Below are positions 45,390 to 53,673 of a DNA stretch of 64,000 nt, piece after piece. How positions within the stretch are numbered: the first letter of the stretch is position 1; every line of letters starts with the position of its first letter. The stretch is taken from the IMG/VR virus record IMGVR_UViG_3300044691_000355, positions 1 to 64,000 of that record; one strand, written 5' to 3'. The translations under genes and the position numbers were made by a program. Below the pieces are notes generated by a model. That model made no database searches and had not been told where the DNA came from. It was given only the letters and a program-made list of their open reading frames with translations. Origin of the DNA: a virus.

Positions 45390-47764
45390 AACAGCGCTCC
45401 TTGAGCGGGGGCCTTCACGCGCGGCTTGCGTAGCTTCGGCGGTTGCACCGATGAACTGACCGCCGTGGCATGCACCACGATTCGCGCGAGTTCGCCCTCG
45501 CCTTTCGTGACCTTGGTGATTTTGAAGACCGTGCCCCGTGGCAGCAGCGCTTCGGCCTCGCCGTCGGCGAATGGCACGTCAGTGCCGTTATGCTGATTGG
45601 CCAATTTGCCGAAGGTGGGGATGGATAGGAACTTGAATCCCTTCGGGATGGTGATATGCATCAGCCCGTCTTTACTGAACACGTGCGCCACGCTCTTGGC
45701 GAACGAGGTGGAGCAATACGCGTGATCCATCATCGTGTCACCGACGCCGATGGATTCAACAAGGATGCGGGGAAGGCCGCGCGCGACCAGCAGCTTGCGC
45801 GGCGAGCCCTTCACGGCCTGCATGGCTGTATCGATGCCACGGATGTACGTCTGCATGTAGCTCGACACTGCGTCGAGATTGCCTTGGCTACGACGCAAAT
45901 CATCGTTGATCGAAGAACCTCCGGTGTACTTGACGACCCCGTCGATGATCTCGGGCGTAGGATCTGGCGGCGGCATCTTGAATGCGCGCTCGGCGAGGCG
46001 TGAGGCCTCTGTGCCGCTGCTGCCGCGCATTTTTATCAACATTTCAGGCAACGTCTTCGGATCAACGGGCTCAGGCGGCGCGTTGTTCGCTGCGGATGAC
46101 GCCGCGTAAGCCTGCGCTTCGGCCGTCGAGGCCTTCGTGTATTCCGCTTGCCACGTCGCTTTCTCAGCCCCAGTCATGCTGGTGGAGGCGTACACGGTCG
46201 ATGCCATGTTGGTGAAGGCATCGAGCTTTTCGACGGCGGCGAAGTGTGCGGCCTTGAGTTTGTCCAGCTCCGTTTGCGGCTTCGCCGACATCTTTTGCGC
46301 GAGCTTCTGCTTCTCCAGCGCCGCATTCAGCGCAGCCTCTGCTGCGTTTTCGTTGAACTGCGCTTCACTCACCAGCGCTTTCAGATGCGCGAGCTGCTCG
46401 GGGATGGCAGTCCCTGACGTGAACGCTTGAACGAGCCGCATGACAGCCGCTTCGTTCTCGGCGCGCGCCTCCAGATGCGCCGCCTGCAACTCCTGCAACG
46501 GCGTGAGAGGCGCGGGCGCATTCATCTGATTGACGTAGGTTTGCATCACTGAGCCGAAATGCGCGAGCGTCGCGGGCCCATCGGCCTGCGCGGCGTTCAT
46601 GATCTGAAGGAATTTCTTCGGTGAAGATTTGCCGTACAGGTACAGCTCGTGCACGCCGTATTGCAGATTGCCGACCCACAGCTTGGTCGCCTCGGTCACC
46701 TCGAAATTTTCCTGCACGTGCTTGAGCGAGCCCGCTTCGGCGGAATACGTGAAATCGAGTTTCTGCGCCGCCTGGGTGTCGAGTTGCTCCAACTCCAACA
46801 CCTTATCGGTCTCGGCATCTGCCTTGTACGCGGCTTGAAGCGCCTCTTGAATACGCTTCTTCTCCAGCACCGCTGCCTGATGCAGCGCCGCTTTCTCTTT
46901 CGCATACGCCATCGCGGTGCCTGTCACCGTCGGCGGGAAGAGCTGATTGAAACTGCCTTTGGTCCACTTGCCGGTCGCGTCGCGCTTCTGATCGGGGTCG
47001 AAATGATTCTTCTCATCATCGCGAGTCACACCGATCAATGCGGCGCGGCGCGCAAAGAACGTGCGCGCCAGCGTCGCGGAATTCTTCAAGCCGGAGGCGA
47101 CGAATGCGCCCTCAATGGCATTGCTATCAAGGCCGCGCACGCGCTCAAGCGCCGTATCAAAGGCCTTCGGGTCCAAGCGGCGCAACTGATTGAACACGGC
47201 ACCGGAGGGTAAATGCTCGCGCATCAGGCTCGACTTCTCGCTCACATCGGCGTCGTAGTCCTTATGCTGCCCCTGCGCGCGAAATTCAAACGCGCCGCCC
47301 AGATCGAGCTGCACCAAGTGACCTTGCGCGTCTTGCGCGATGTTCGAGTAATCAATTCCCAGCACGTCCCAGTTTTTGGTGAGCACGGCCGCGTAATACA
47401 TGGTCGCCAAGTCCACGCGCCGCTCAGCGTCGAGGAGCTGCACCGCGCCGGGCCACTTCACGGGCTTCGCCTCAATCCACGGGGAGACCAAGGCCTCCTT
47501 GCCGTGCACGGATTCGACATGCGGCATCGTGGTGCGCACACCCAACTGTCCGACCAGCGCGCTGGCGAGCGCCTCGCTGCGGCCCTGATCGGGGTTTGCG
47601 TAGAATTTGATGTAGTGCTTCTGACCCGCACTCGTGAACACGCCGCCGGGGTTTGAACCTAACTGCGCGCCGCTCTTCGTCCAGCGGCCTTGCGTGTCGC
47701 GCTTCTCAGCAGGATCAAAGCCGTCGTATGCCCTCGCGACGCGCGCATCCCACTGAGCGCTCAC
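45386..47764 (-). CDS. Head-module polyprotein: tag, HipA/PI3K-like kinase, tag, helical region, ADP-ribosyltransferase (VIP2/Alt-like)
   Basis: GSNPGG..YIK..E..NWD....N...LD.GG kinase motifs; Y.G.SSINDDLR, RG, STS, ExE-ALLPRG ART motifs. Confidence 0.85.
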   Translation of the reverse strand: MSAQWDARVARAYDGFDPAEKRDTQGRWTKSGAQLGSNPGGVFTSAGQKHYIKFYANPDQGRSEALASALVGQLGVRTTMPHVESVHGKEALVSPWIEAKPVKWPGAVQLLDAERRVDLATMYYAAVLTKNWDVLGIDYSNIAQDAQGHLVQLDLGGAFEFRAQGQHKDYDADVSEKSSLMREHLPSGAVFNQLRRLDPKAFDTALERVRGLDSNAIEGAFVASGLKNSATLARTFFARRAALIGVTRDDEKNHFDPDQKRDATGKWTKGSFNQLFPPTVTGTAMAYAKEKAALHQAAVLEKKRIQEALQAAYKADAETDKVLELEQLDTQAAQKLDFTYSAEAGSLKHVQENFEVTEATKLWVGNLQYGVHELYLYGKSSPKKFLQIMNAAQADGPATLAHFGSVMQTYVNQMNAPAPLTPLQELQAAHLEARAENEAAVMRLVQAFTSGTAIPEQLAHLKALVSEAQFNENAAEAALNAALEKQKLAQKMSAKPQTELDKLKAAHFAAVEKLDAFTNMASTVYASTSMTGAEKATWQAEYTKASTAEAQAYAASSAANNAPPEPVDPKTLPEMLIKMRGSSGTEASRLAERAFKMPPPDPTPEIIDGVVKYTGGSSINDDLRRSQGNLDAVSSYMQTYIRGIDTAMQAVKGSPRKLLVARGLPRILVESIGVGDTMMDHAYCSTSFAKSVAHVFSKDGLMHITIPKGFKFLSIPTFGKLANQHNGTDVPFADGEAEALLPRGTVFKITKVTKGEGELARIVVHATAVSSSVQPPKLRKPRVKAPAQGALL

Positions 47765-50628
47765 GGCCCAAACATTTCCGCATACACGGAATCGAAATCC
47801 TCATCGCCGTCATCATCGTCATCGCCGGGGTCAACGCTTTGCCAATCTGGCGTCTCGCCCACATAGCCATGCGTCTCTAAGAAATCGGTCATCGCTTGCT
47901 CACTCGTCACGGCTGCATCGGCGGCAAACAGGCGGCCGATCCAGTCCTTGACCTTGGATTTTTTCACTGGGGCTGTTGCACTCCAGGCTTTCCACACCAT
48001 CGGATCGATGTAGGACTTCAAGGCCTGCGCGGGCTTGTTGCCGAGCTTATCGCTGACCTTTTCAGCGATGGCGGCCACAGAGGCCTTGTGCTCTTTCGCA
48101 TCCATCGGCACCGGCATTTTCTTGACCTGCGCGCGCGCCATGTCGGTGGCGACCCATGTGCGCATGTCCTTCAAATCGAATTCTGAAGCCCCAATGCCGT
48201 GGAAGTAATCGCGCACGTGGGTTTCGCTCACCTGGAAAATCTGCTTATTCTCGCCCGTCGCACGCTGGCGTAGGAAGGTCGCGACCTTCGCATCCTTGAC
48301 GATGTGATGCTGCGTAACGCCGCTCTTGCCGGGGAAATCGAACGTGGTCGAATCGCCTGAGACCTTGACGTGCTGGCCTTCCAACTGCGTCGCCCCATGG
48401 GCTTTGACATCCGCGCCCGTGTCCTTTTCGGAGCCGGGACGAAAGCCAGTCTGCGAGACCAAGTACACGACTGCGGCGGCATCCTGTACCGCGCGCGGCA
48501 GCTTCGGATCGTTCATGTCGGCGGCGGCCTTGGCAACCACGCGATCCCGTACCTTATTGAAGGCGACGAGGCGCGAGAATTTCTCCACGTCCTGCTCGCC
48601 GCGATGGCCCGGCAGCTCGCGTGACTGTGAGCGGCCCTTGACATCGCGCCCCGTCACTTGCTTGCCTTCGGTCGGATCGGGATTCAAGCGAATGTCGGTC
48701 CACGCGGGCGGTATTTTCAGCGCCTTCAATCGCGCGTGCTCTTCGGGCGTGCCGCCATGCCACTTCTCATTTGCGCCGTACACGGTGTGCGCTGGCACCA
48801 TCTCGCCCTTGACGAGCTGCGCGGGGATGAGCGTGCCGCCGGAGCGCGTGAACACCTTGCTCGATGTGCTCCAGCGATTCGCAATTGGATTCTTGGACAC
48901 GTAGGACTTTTCAGGCACCGCTGCCTTGCCCTGATTGCCTATCGTCCATTTGCCTTCGGGGTCGCGCTTCTCCTGCGGATTGAACCCGTGGTGCGGCTGA
49001 CCGCCTGACGTGACGTGCTTCAACTTATCGAAGTTCGGGATATTCTCGAAGCGGTCAAAGAAATCCGCGTCGCGGCCTTTCTTGGTCTTCGGCGGCGGCT
49101 TCTTCGCGACCTTGGAGGCCTTGCTCTTCGCGCCCGGCGCTTTGGCAGCGCCTGACTCTGAGCCACGGCCGGGACGCGCGGGCGTCTTGCCCTTTGCGCC
49201 GGGTTTCGCAGCGCCCGGCGGTGCACCGGGGGCGGGCTTCGGCAGCACCAGGCCCAGCGCTTCGGGCGTGGGATCGGGCAGCGACTCGGCGTTTTTGATG
49301 TCCTCATCCGCGATATTCGAGAACGCGCCGGTAATGAGCGACATCGCCTTGAGTTCCTTCAGGCCCGTCGCTTTGTTGATGAGCTGCGCGGAGAAGGCCT
49401 CGGTAACGGCCGCCACCGTGGTGTTGGTGACCTGGGATTTCTCCGTGTCGGACAACTGCCACAGGGATTTGAACTCTAAGGTGAATTCTTTCGGCGGCTC
49501 GGTGCCGAATTTGCTGATGTACGCCAGGCGATACACCGTCTCGATGCCATCACCCAGCCACGTGACTTGCTGCTGCTTCACTGAATCGTGATAGCCGCGA
49601 ATGTCGGCATCCCCGGTCGAGAACCCGGCAGGCGATTGACCGAAGAGGCGCACCAGCGGTATTTCAACGGCCCCCGCCAACTGCTCGCCGAACTGCGACA
49701 GGATCACATCGAGACCGGCAAATGCGTACTGGTGCGTCTCAAAAGTGTCGCGCGTATCCAAGAGGGTGAGGCCCTCATTGGTTTGCATCGCGCGAATCAT
49801 GTTGATGTTGGCGAGCAAGCCTTTCATCGCGGCCGATGTGCCGCCGATGATTTCGCGCAGGCCCTCCACCGACAGCGTGCGCAAATGCGCCTTGTAGACC
49901 ATCTGCGAGATGCCAGCGGTGGCCGAGTCATACGCGATCAGCCGATCCCACATCCGCTCGATCACTGACTGGCCCCACAGGTTCTCACCGATGCGCTGCC
50001 AGTACGGCAGCTCCACGCCCTCGATGCGGATCACGCGCGAGTAGTGGATTTTCATGCGCGGCATGCCGCCCGTGTCGGTGATCGTGTCGTAGAAGCGCGG
50101 TTTGCCGAAGTACGGCCCCATGTCATCGACCAAGTCGGTCAAGGAGGGCTGCAACACCCACCGATCCAGCGGCATCAAACCTTTGAATTGCCCCTGGCGA
50201 ATGCGATCCAATTTCAATGGCGTCGCGGGGTTTTGCCCATCGATCATCATGAAGGCGACAGCGCCGCCATAGAGGCGCGCCCACTTAATCGTGTCGCGCA
50301 GTTGCTTCCACAATTGCAGGCGCGCGATTTCCTTATTGAAGTCCGCGATCTTTGACGGCTTATCGCTCGTGGTGATTTCCATGCCCTCGCGGGTCATGTC
50401 CTGCGCGTAGACATCGACCACGCGACCGGCGATCCAAGAGCCCCGGTACACCATCTCCATCTGCATGCGGTTGCGCGAGATGGGATTAAACCCATACGCG
50501 CCGCCATCGCCCTGATTGCCCGTGCCGCGCCCCACGTGCGCAAGAAAATTCTGAAAAGTATCGTGAGTTTGGGCGGCCTCCGCGTCTGCGAACTTCTTGA
50601 CCAGTCGCGGACTGCGCCGATTGCTCAT
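47761..50628 (-). CDS. Portal protein (DUF1073-type) fused to DNA topoisomerase IB and an acidic tail
   Basis: YRGSWIA..VVD..A.DMTR, W.RLYGG, IHYSR, IP..RLFGQSPAG (portal); IPPAW, GRD.KGR.Q, GFRPG, F.GKSG, KD.RT..A, LGN....KSYIDP (TopIB). Confidence 0.9.
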   Translation of the reverse strand: MSNRRSPRLVKKFADAEAAQTHDTFQNFLAHVGRGTGNQGDGGAYGFNPISRNRMQMEMVYRGSWIAGRVVDVYAQDMTREGMEITTSDKPSKIADFNKEIARLQLWKQLRDTIKWARLYGGAVAFMMIDGQNPATPLKLDRIRQGQFKGLMPLDRWVLQPSLTDLVDDMGPYFGKPRFYDTITDTGGMPRMKIHYSRVIRIEGVELPYWQRIGENLWGQSVIERMWDRLIAYDSATAGISQMVYKAHLRTLSVEGLREIIGGTSAAMKGLLANINMIRAMQTNEGLTLLDTRDTFETHQYAFAGLDVILSQFGEQLAGAVEIPLVRLFGQSPAGFSTGDADIRGYHDSVKQQQVTWLGDGIETVYRLAYISKFGTEPPKEFTLEFKSLWQLSDTEKSQVTNTTVAAVTEAFSAQLINKATGLKELKAMSLITGAFSNIADEDIKNAESLPDPTPEALGLVLPKPAPGAPPGAAKPGAKGKTPARPGRGSESGAAKAPGAKSKASKVAKKPPPKTKKGRDADFFDRFENIPNFDKLKHVTSGGQPHHGFNPQEKRDPEGKWTIGNQGKAAVPEKSYVSKNPIANRWSTSSKVFTRSGGTLIPAQLVKGEMVPAHTVYGANEKWHGGTPEEHARLKALKIPPAWTDIRLNPDPTEGKQVTGRDVKGRSQSRELPGHRGEQDVEKFSRLVAFNKVRDRVVAKAAADMNDPKLPRAVQDAAAVVYLVSQTGFRPGSEKDTGADVKAHGATQLEGQHVKVSGDSTTFDFPGKSGVTQHHIVKDAKVATFLRQRATGENKQIFQVSETHVRDYFHGIGASEFDLKDMRTWVATDMARAQVKKMPVPMDAKEHKASVAAIAEKVSDKLGNKPAQALKSYIDPMVWKAWSATAPVKKSKVKDWIGRLFAADAAVTSEQAMTDFLETHGYVGETPDWQSVDPGDDDDDGDEDFDSVYAEMFGP

Positions 50629-50639
50629 TCAGGATTCCT

Positions 50640-50900
50640 TTTCGGGGTTAATATCCACGTCGGTGCCACGGGACATTCCCGTTATAAACGCCCCTCGGAC
50701 ACAGTTCCGTTGTGCGCCGATGATTCAACATCGCGCGAGGGGCGGGCCAGAAAAAAGGGCCGGTGCTTTGATCGGGCGTCCTTCCCACACGCCCTAAGCG
50801 TGACGGCGCACCAATCCGTGTTTCTCGCTGGTAGTCCCCCGCGCAAAAATTTGTGCTGGGCATTTTTGGCCGGTGCCCCAACCTCACCGATCTCTTTCGA
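50640..50900 (-). ncRNA. Candidate structured RNA upstream of the portal gene
   Basis: Several nested inverted repeats, including a GAAA-capped hairpin, in a long intergenic gap. Confidence 0.4.
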
Positions 50901-50908
50901 GAGCCGGT

Positions 50909-51004
50909 CTACTTGATGATGTCGCCAGCCAGGCGCTTGCAGCGCATACAGATCGCTTTCAAGGGGCTGCGCTTATGGCCGAAGAAAAAGCAAAGAATGT
51001 TCAT
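50909..51004 (-). CDS. 31-aa Cys/His peptide (DUF1660-like)
   Basis: LCFFFGHK...CMRC; ATGA overlap with terL. Confidence 0.55.
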   Translation of the reverse strand: MNILCFFFGHKRSPLKAICMRCKRLAGDIIK

Positions 51005-52347
51005 TCGCCCAACTTCTCCCACTGCGCACCGACGCCGCGCCTTTGGATGTAGCCATCGAGCCCGTAGCGAACCGCGTCCCATCCATGGTTGTGTGCATCG
51101 ACGATGATGGGCAACACATCGCCCGTGATCCGGTCCACCTTGTAAGCGTACAGACGCGCCTCTTCCTGCATGTGCTTGCAGCGCTCGTGAATATGGATGC
51201 GGACGAAGCCTTTTAAATGCGCAACGCCGTCCTCTAACGACCCCGGCCATTTATCGGCGGCCGAAATGTTGAAGGACTTGCGCGCCATGTAGGAAATCGT
51301 CTCAGGGCGCGCGCAGTCGGCCCTGATCGGCCAGGCCCTTGAGCCGGGCACGGAGTCAAACAATTGCGGGGTCTCATCGATCTCCACGCGGTAGCCGAAG
51401 GCCTCGTGACTGATCCACAACTCCTGACTGTGATCAGGATTCTCAGTGACCCAGAAACGAATGAGCGCGGTAGGATCATTTGCAAAACCCCAGTCTGCGC
51501 CGTAAAAAATGCGGGTGTCTTCATGGGGATTGCCAAAGGATTCTACGAGGACCCGACGGCGGAACACCGCCGCATTGGAATTCTTTTGAAGCTTGCCTTC
51601 CCAGACGTGATCGTAATCGGCCTGTAACTGGGAGCGCTCATCATCATCGGTAGCCTCGGCGATGCGCCGCCAGTCATTCTCGCGCTCGGCCTTCAGCTCA
51701 TCGGGGAACCATGGATTGTCGTTCCAGTTCACCTCGACGCTGCGCATGTCCGGGCGCGTCGCGAGCACGAAGCGCTCGTACGTCGGGTCCGTCTCATCGC
51801 GCGGGTTGAACACCACCCAGATTTCGGATGAGCCCAACTTGGTGCGAATGGTGGGAATCAAATATTTCCAGGACGCATCGGAGACGCGCTCCGCTTCCTC
51901 GACCAGGCAGATATCAATCGCTTCGAGCGACTTGATCTTGAGCGGGTCCGTCTTGATCCCCGCGAAAATAAACTCGGTGCCGTTGACCCCAAAGATGGCC
52001 TGCGCCTGAATCTCGTAGAAGCGCGTGAGGCCCATCTGTTCGATGCGATCCGTGATCAGTTTGTAGATCGAATCGCGAATCGAGGTCTGGTACTCGCGCG
52101 CGCAGAGGATGCGCAGCCGGTGCTGCGTGCCCAACACGGCGCATAGGCCTGCAAAGCTCCAGCTCTTCCCCGATCCGCGCCCCCCGTAGGCCACCTTGTA
52201 GCGGCTCGGAATAAACACGGGCATGCCGCCGGGGCCCGGCCTGAAAAAGAGGTCCCGCAGTTTTGGCGGGAGAAAATCGTTAGTGGGTGAGTTGCGGCTC
52301 GGGGTCCTCATCCGTTGCTTCGGGTTTCTCAGCGGCTCCGGGTTCAT
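51001..52347 (-). CDS. terL: Terminase large subunit (PBSX-type); start uncertain
   Basis: GGRGSGKS Walker A, LVEEAE Walker B, FNP, GADWGFANDP, NH..DAVRY. Confidence 0.95.
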   Translation of the reverse strand: MNPEPLRNPKQRMRTPSRNSPTNDFLPPKLRDLFFRPGPGGMPVFIPSRYKVAYGGRGSGKSWSFAGLCAVLGTQHRLRILCAREYQTSIRDSIYKLITDRIEQMGLTRFYEIQAQAIFGVNGTEFIFAGIKTDPLKIKSLEAIDICLVEEAERVSDASWKYLIPTIRTKLGSSEIWVVFNPRDETDPTYERFVLATRPDMRSVEVNWNDNPWFPDELKAERENDWRRIAEATDDDERSQLQADYDHVWEGKLQKNSNAAVFRRRVLVESFGNPHEDTRIFYGADWGFANDPTALIRFWVTENPDHSQELWISHEAFGYRVEIDETPQLFDSVPGSRAWPIRADCARPETISYMARKSFNISAADKWPGSLEDGVAHLKGFVRIHIHERCKHMQEEARLYAYKVDRITGDVLPIIVDAHNHGWDAVRYGLDGYIQRRGVGAQWEKLGE

Positions 52348-52735
52348 AGATCAATGCCTTTTTCGGAAGGCCTGGACCGCCATCGGCGAAGGAGATACCA
52401 AGCTTCGGGTGATCGACCGGCCTGCCCTGCGCATCGAGCAATTGGTTTTGCACCACGTTGACCTCGCGCCAACCGGCTTGGGATTTCATCCAGAAAATCG
52501 CAGCGCCCAGGTTCATATCCACGGTGGCCATAGTGAAGAGCGTCTTGGCCACGGTCGCATTGCCGCGCGCCTTGCCCTGGTCTAATTCCAATTTGTAATA
52601 CTTGAGCAGCGTCGGGGTCGAGATGTTCATCAGCAGCGCGATGTCGTGATGAGGGGTGCCGACCGTGGCATACGCGCGCGCTTCGAGTGAATCCTTCTCC
52701 GTCTTGATGTGCTTCTTACCCCGCGTGCCCGCCAT
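52280..52735 (-). CDS. terS: Terminase small subunit
   Basis: IA..I...TL.KYY..EL..G...A.IFW.K..AGW.E; directly upstream of terL. Confidence 0.8.
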   Translation of the reverse strand: MAGTRGKKHIKTEKDSLEARAYATVGTPHHDIALLMNISTPTLLKYYKLELDQGKARGNATVAKTLFTMATVDMNLGAAIFWMKSQAGWREVNVVQNQLLDAQGRPVDHPKLGISFADGGPGLPKKALIYEPGAAEKPEATDEDPEPQLTH

Positions 52736-52736
52736 T

Positions 52737-53006
52737 TTATTTGCGCGCTACCAGCGAGGCGGCCACGGTGACGGAGGCTTGCTGCACGCCTTGATCCGAT
52801 TGCCACAAGGAGCCGTTCATGCTCACCCCAACATCGCGGGCGTCATCGTCGGCAAGAATACCGACGAAGGCATCGGCTGCGGCCTGCGCCTGGACGGCAT
52901 CCGCCGCGTGCACCGACTGCGCGACAACGGTCGCATGCAGTGCTTCGGCGACTTTGTCTAAGGCCTCGGCTTTGGTTGCGCCGGTAACCTGGAATGAATA
53001 GGACAT
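52737..53006 (-). CDS. Hypothetical protein
   Basis: MSYSF.V...TKAEA..Q.VH..D; GAGG RBS. Confidence 0.65.
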   Translation of the reverse strand: MSYSFQVTGATKAEALDKVAEALHATVVAQSVHAADAVQAQAAADAFVGILADDDARDVGVSMNGSLWQSDQGVQQASVTVAASLVARK

Positions 53007-53011
53007 TGCAA

Positions 53012-53326
53012 TTACCTCGTTAGATGCTTGACGGCCCACATGACCGCCTCTTCGATTTTCGTCTTCGCCACCGACATCTCGCGGCTCGTGCCCAAGGAGT
53101 CGAAATACCCGTGCATCTGAAGGCCCAGGTCCTTGACCTTTTGCATCGCGATCTTTTCGGCATCGCTCAAGACCCGGTACTCGTGGCGCATGACGTTGTT
53201 GACGGTGCGTGCATCCGAGGCCGAATGCACGCTCTGCGCGGGACCGCCGAAGGCCGGGCTTGAGCGCGCGGCCTCCGGGATGTCGGCAGGCTTCGCGGCG
53301 TTTGCGATTTCGCGGGCGCTGTTCAT
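53012..53326 (-). CDS. Acb2/Tad1-family nucleotide-signal sponge (anti-defence)
   Basis: YR.LS..E...M..VK.LG and SRE.S.A.TKIEEAVMWAVK motifs. Confidence 0.75.
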   Translation of the reverse strand: MNSAREIANAAKPADIPEAARSSPAFGGPAQSVHSASDARTVNNVMRHEYRVLSDAEKIAMQKVKDLGLQMHGYFDSLGTSREMSVAKTKIEEAVMWAVKHLTR

Positions 53327-53559
53327 GCGGCGGGCGCGGGTGCAGCCGGAGTGTTGGCGGTGACGGCGGCGGCGAGCTTCGTGGACTCGGCAGTCAAGGA
53401 ATCCGACAAGGCTTGCAGCGCGGTGCCATCACCAGCGGCGTTCGCGGCAATCGCGGCATCGAGCTGCGTCTTCAATCCGGCGAGCAAGGTGATCGCAGAA
53501 TCTGCGGCGGTGGTGTTGGCGGCGACGGCGGCCGTTAATGCGTCGAGTTGTGTGCTCAT
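53323..53559 (-). CDS. Ala-rich helical protein (may start at 53634)
   Basis: LDALTAAVAANT..DSAITL; AGGA RBS. Confidence 0.6.
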   Translation of the reverse strand: MSTQLDALTAAVAANTTAADSAITLLAGLKTQLDAAIAANAAGDGTALQALSDSLTAESTKLAAAVTANTPAAPAPAA

Positions 53560-53673
53560 GTTTTCCTGTCCTATGATCAGAGTGGATAGAGATGCGGCGA
53601 TGTAGCGCCACGCTTGAAATATGTTCATTCGCATTTAGGAGTACAATGTACGTCTTACTTGGAGGTACGCTAA

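Noticed and set aside
47990-48790. Tyrosine integrase
   Set aside because: The motifs IPPAW, GKSG, KDxRT, LGN and SYIDP are those of TopIB, not the HxxR/LGH of recombinases.
49300-50628. Anti-CBASS Acb1 nuclease (a label sometimes attached to this portal family)
   Set aside because: No 2H-phosphoesterase HxT motif pair seen; sequence and position indicate a portal.
50740-50885. tRNA or cobalamin riboswitch
   Set aside because: No T-loop, anticodon arm of proper size or B12-box consensus; kept only as a generic structured RNA candidate.
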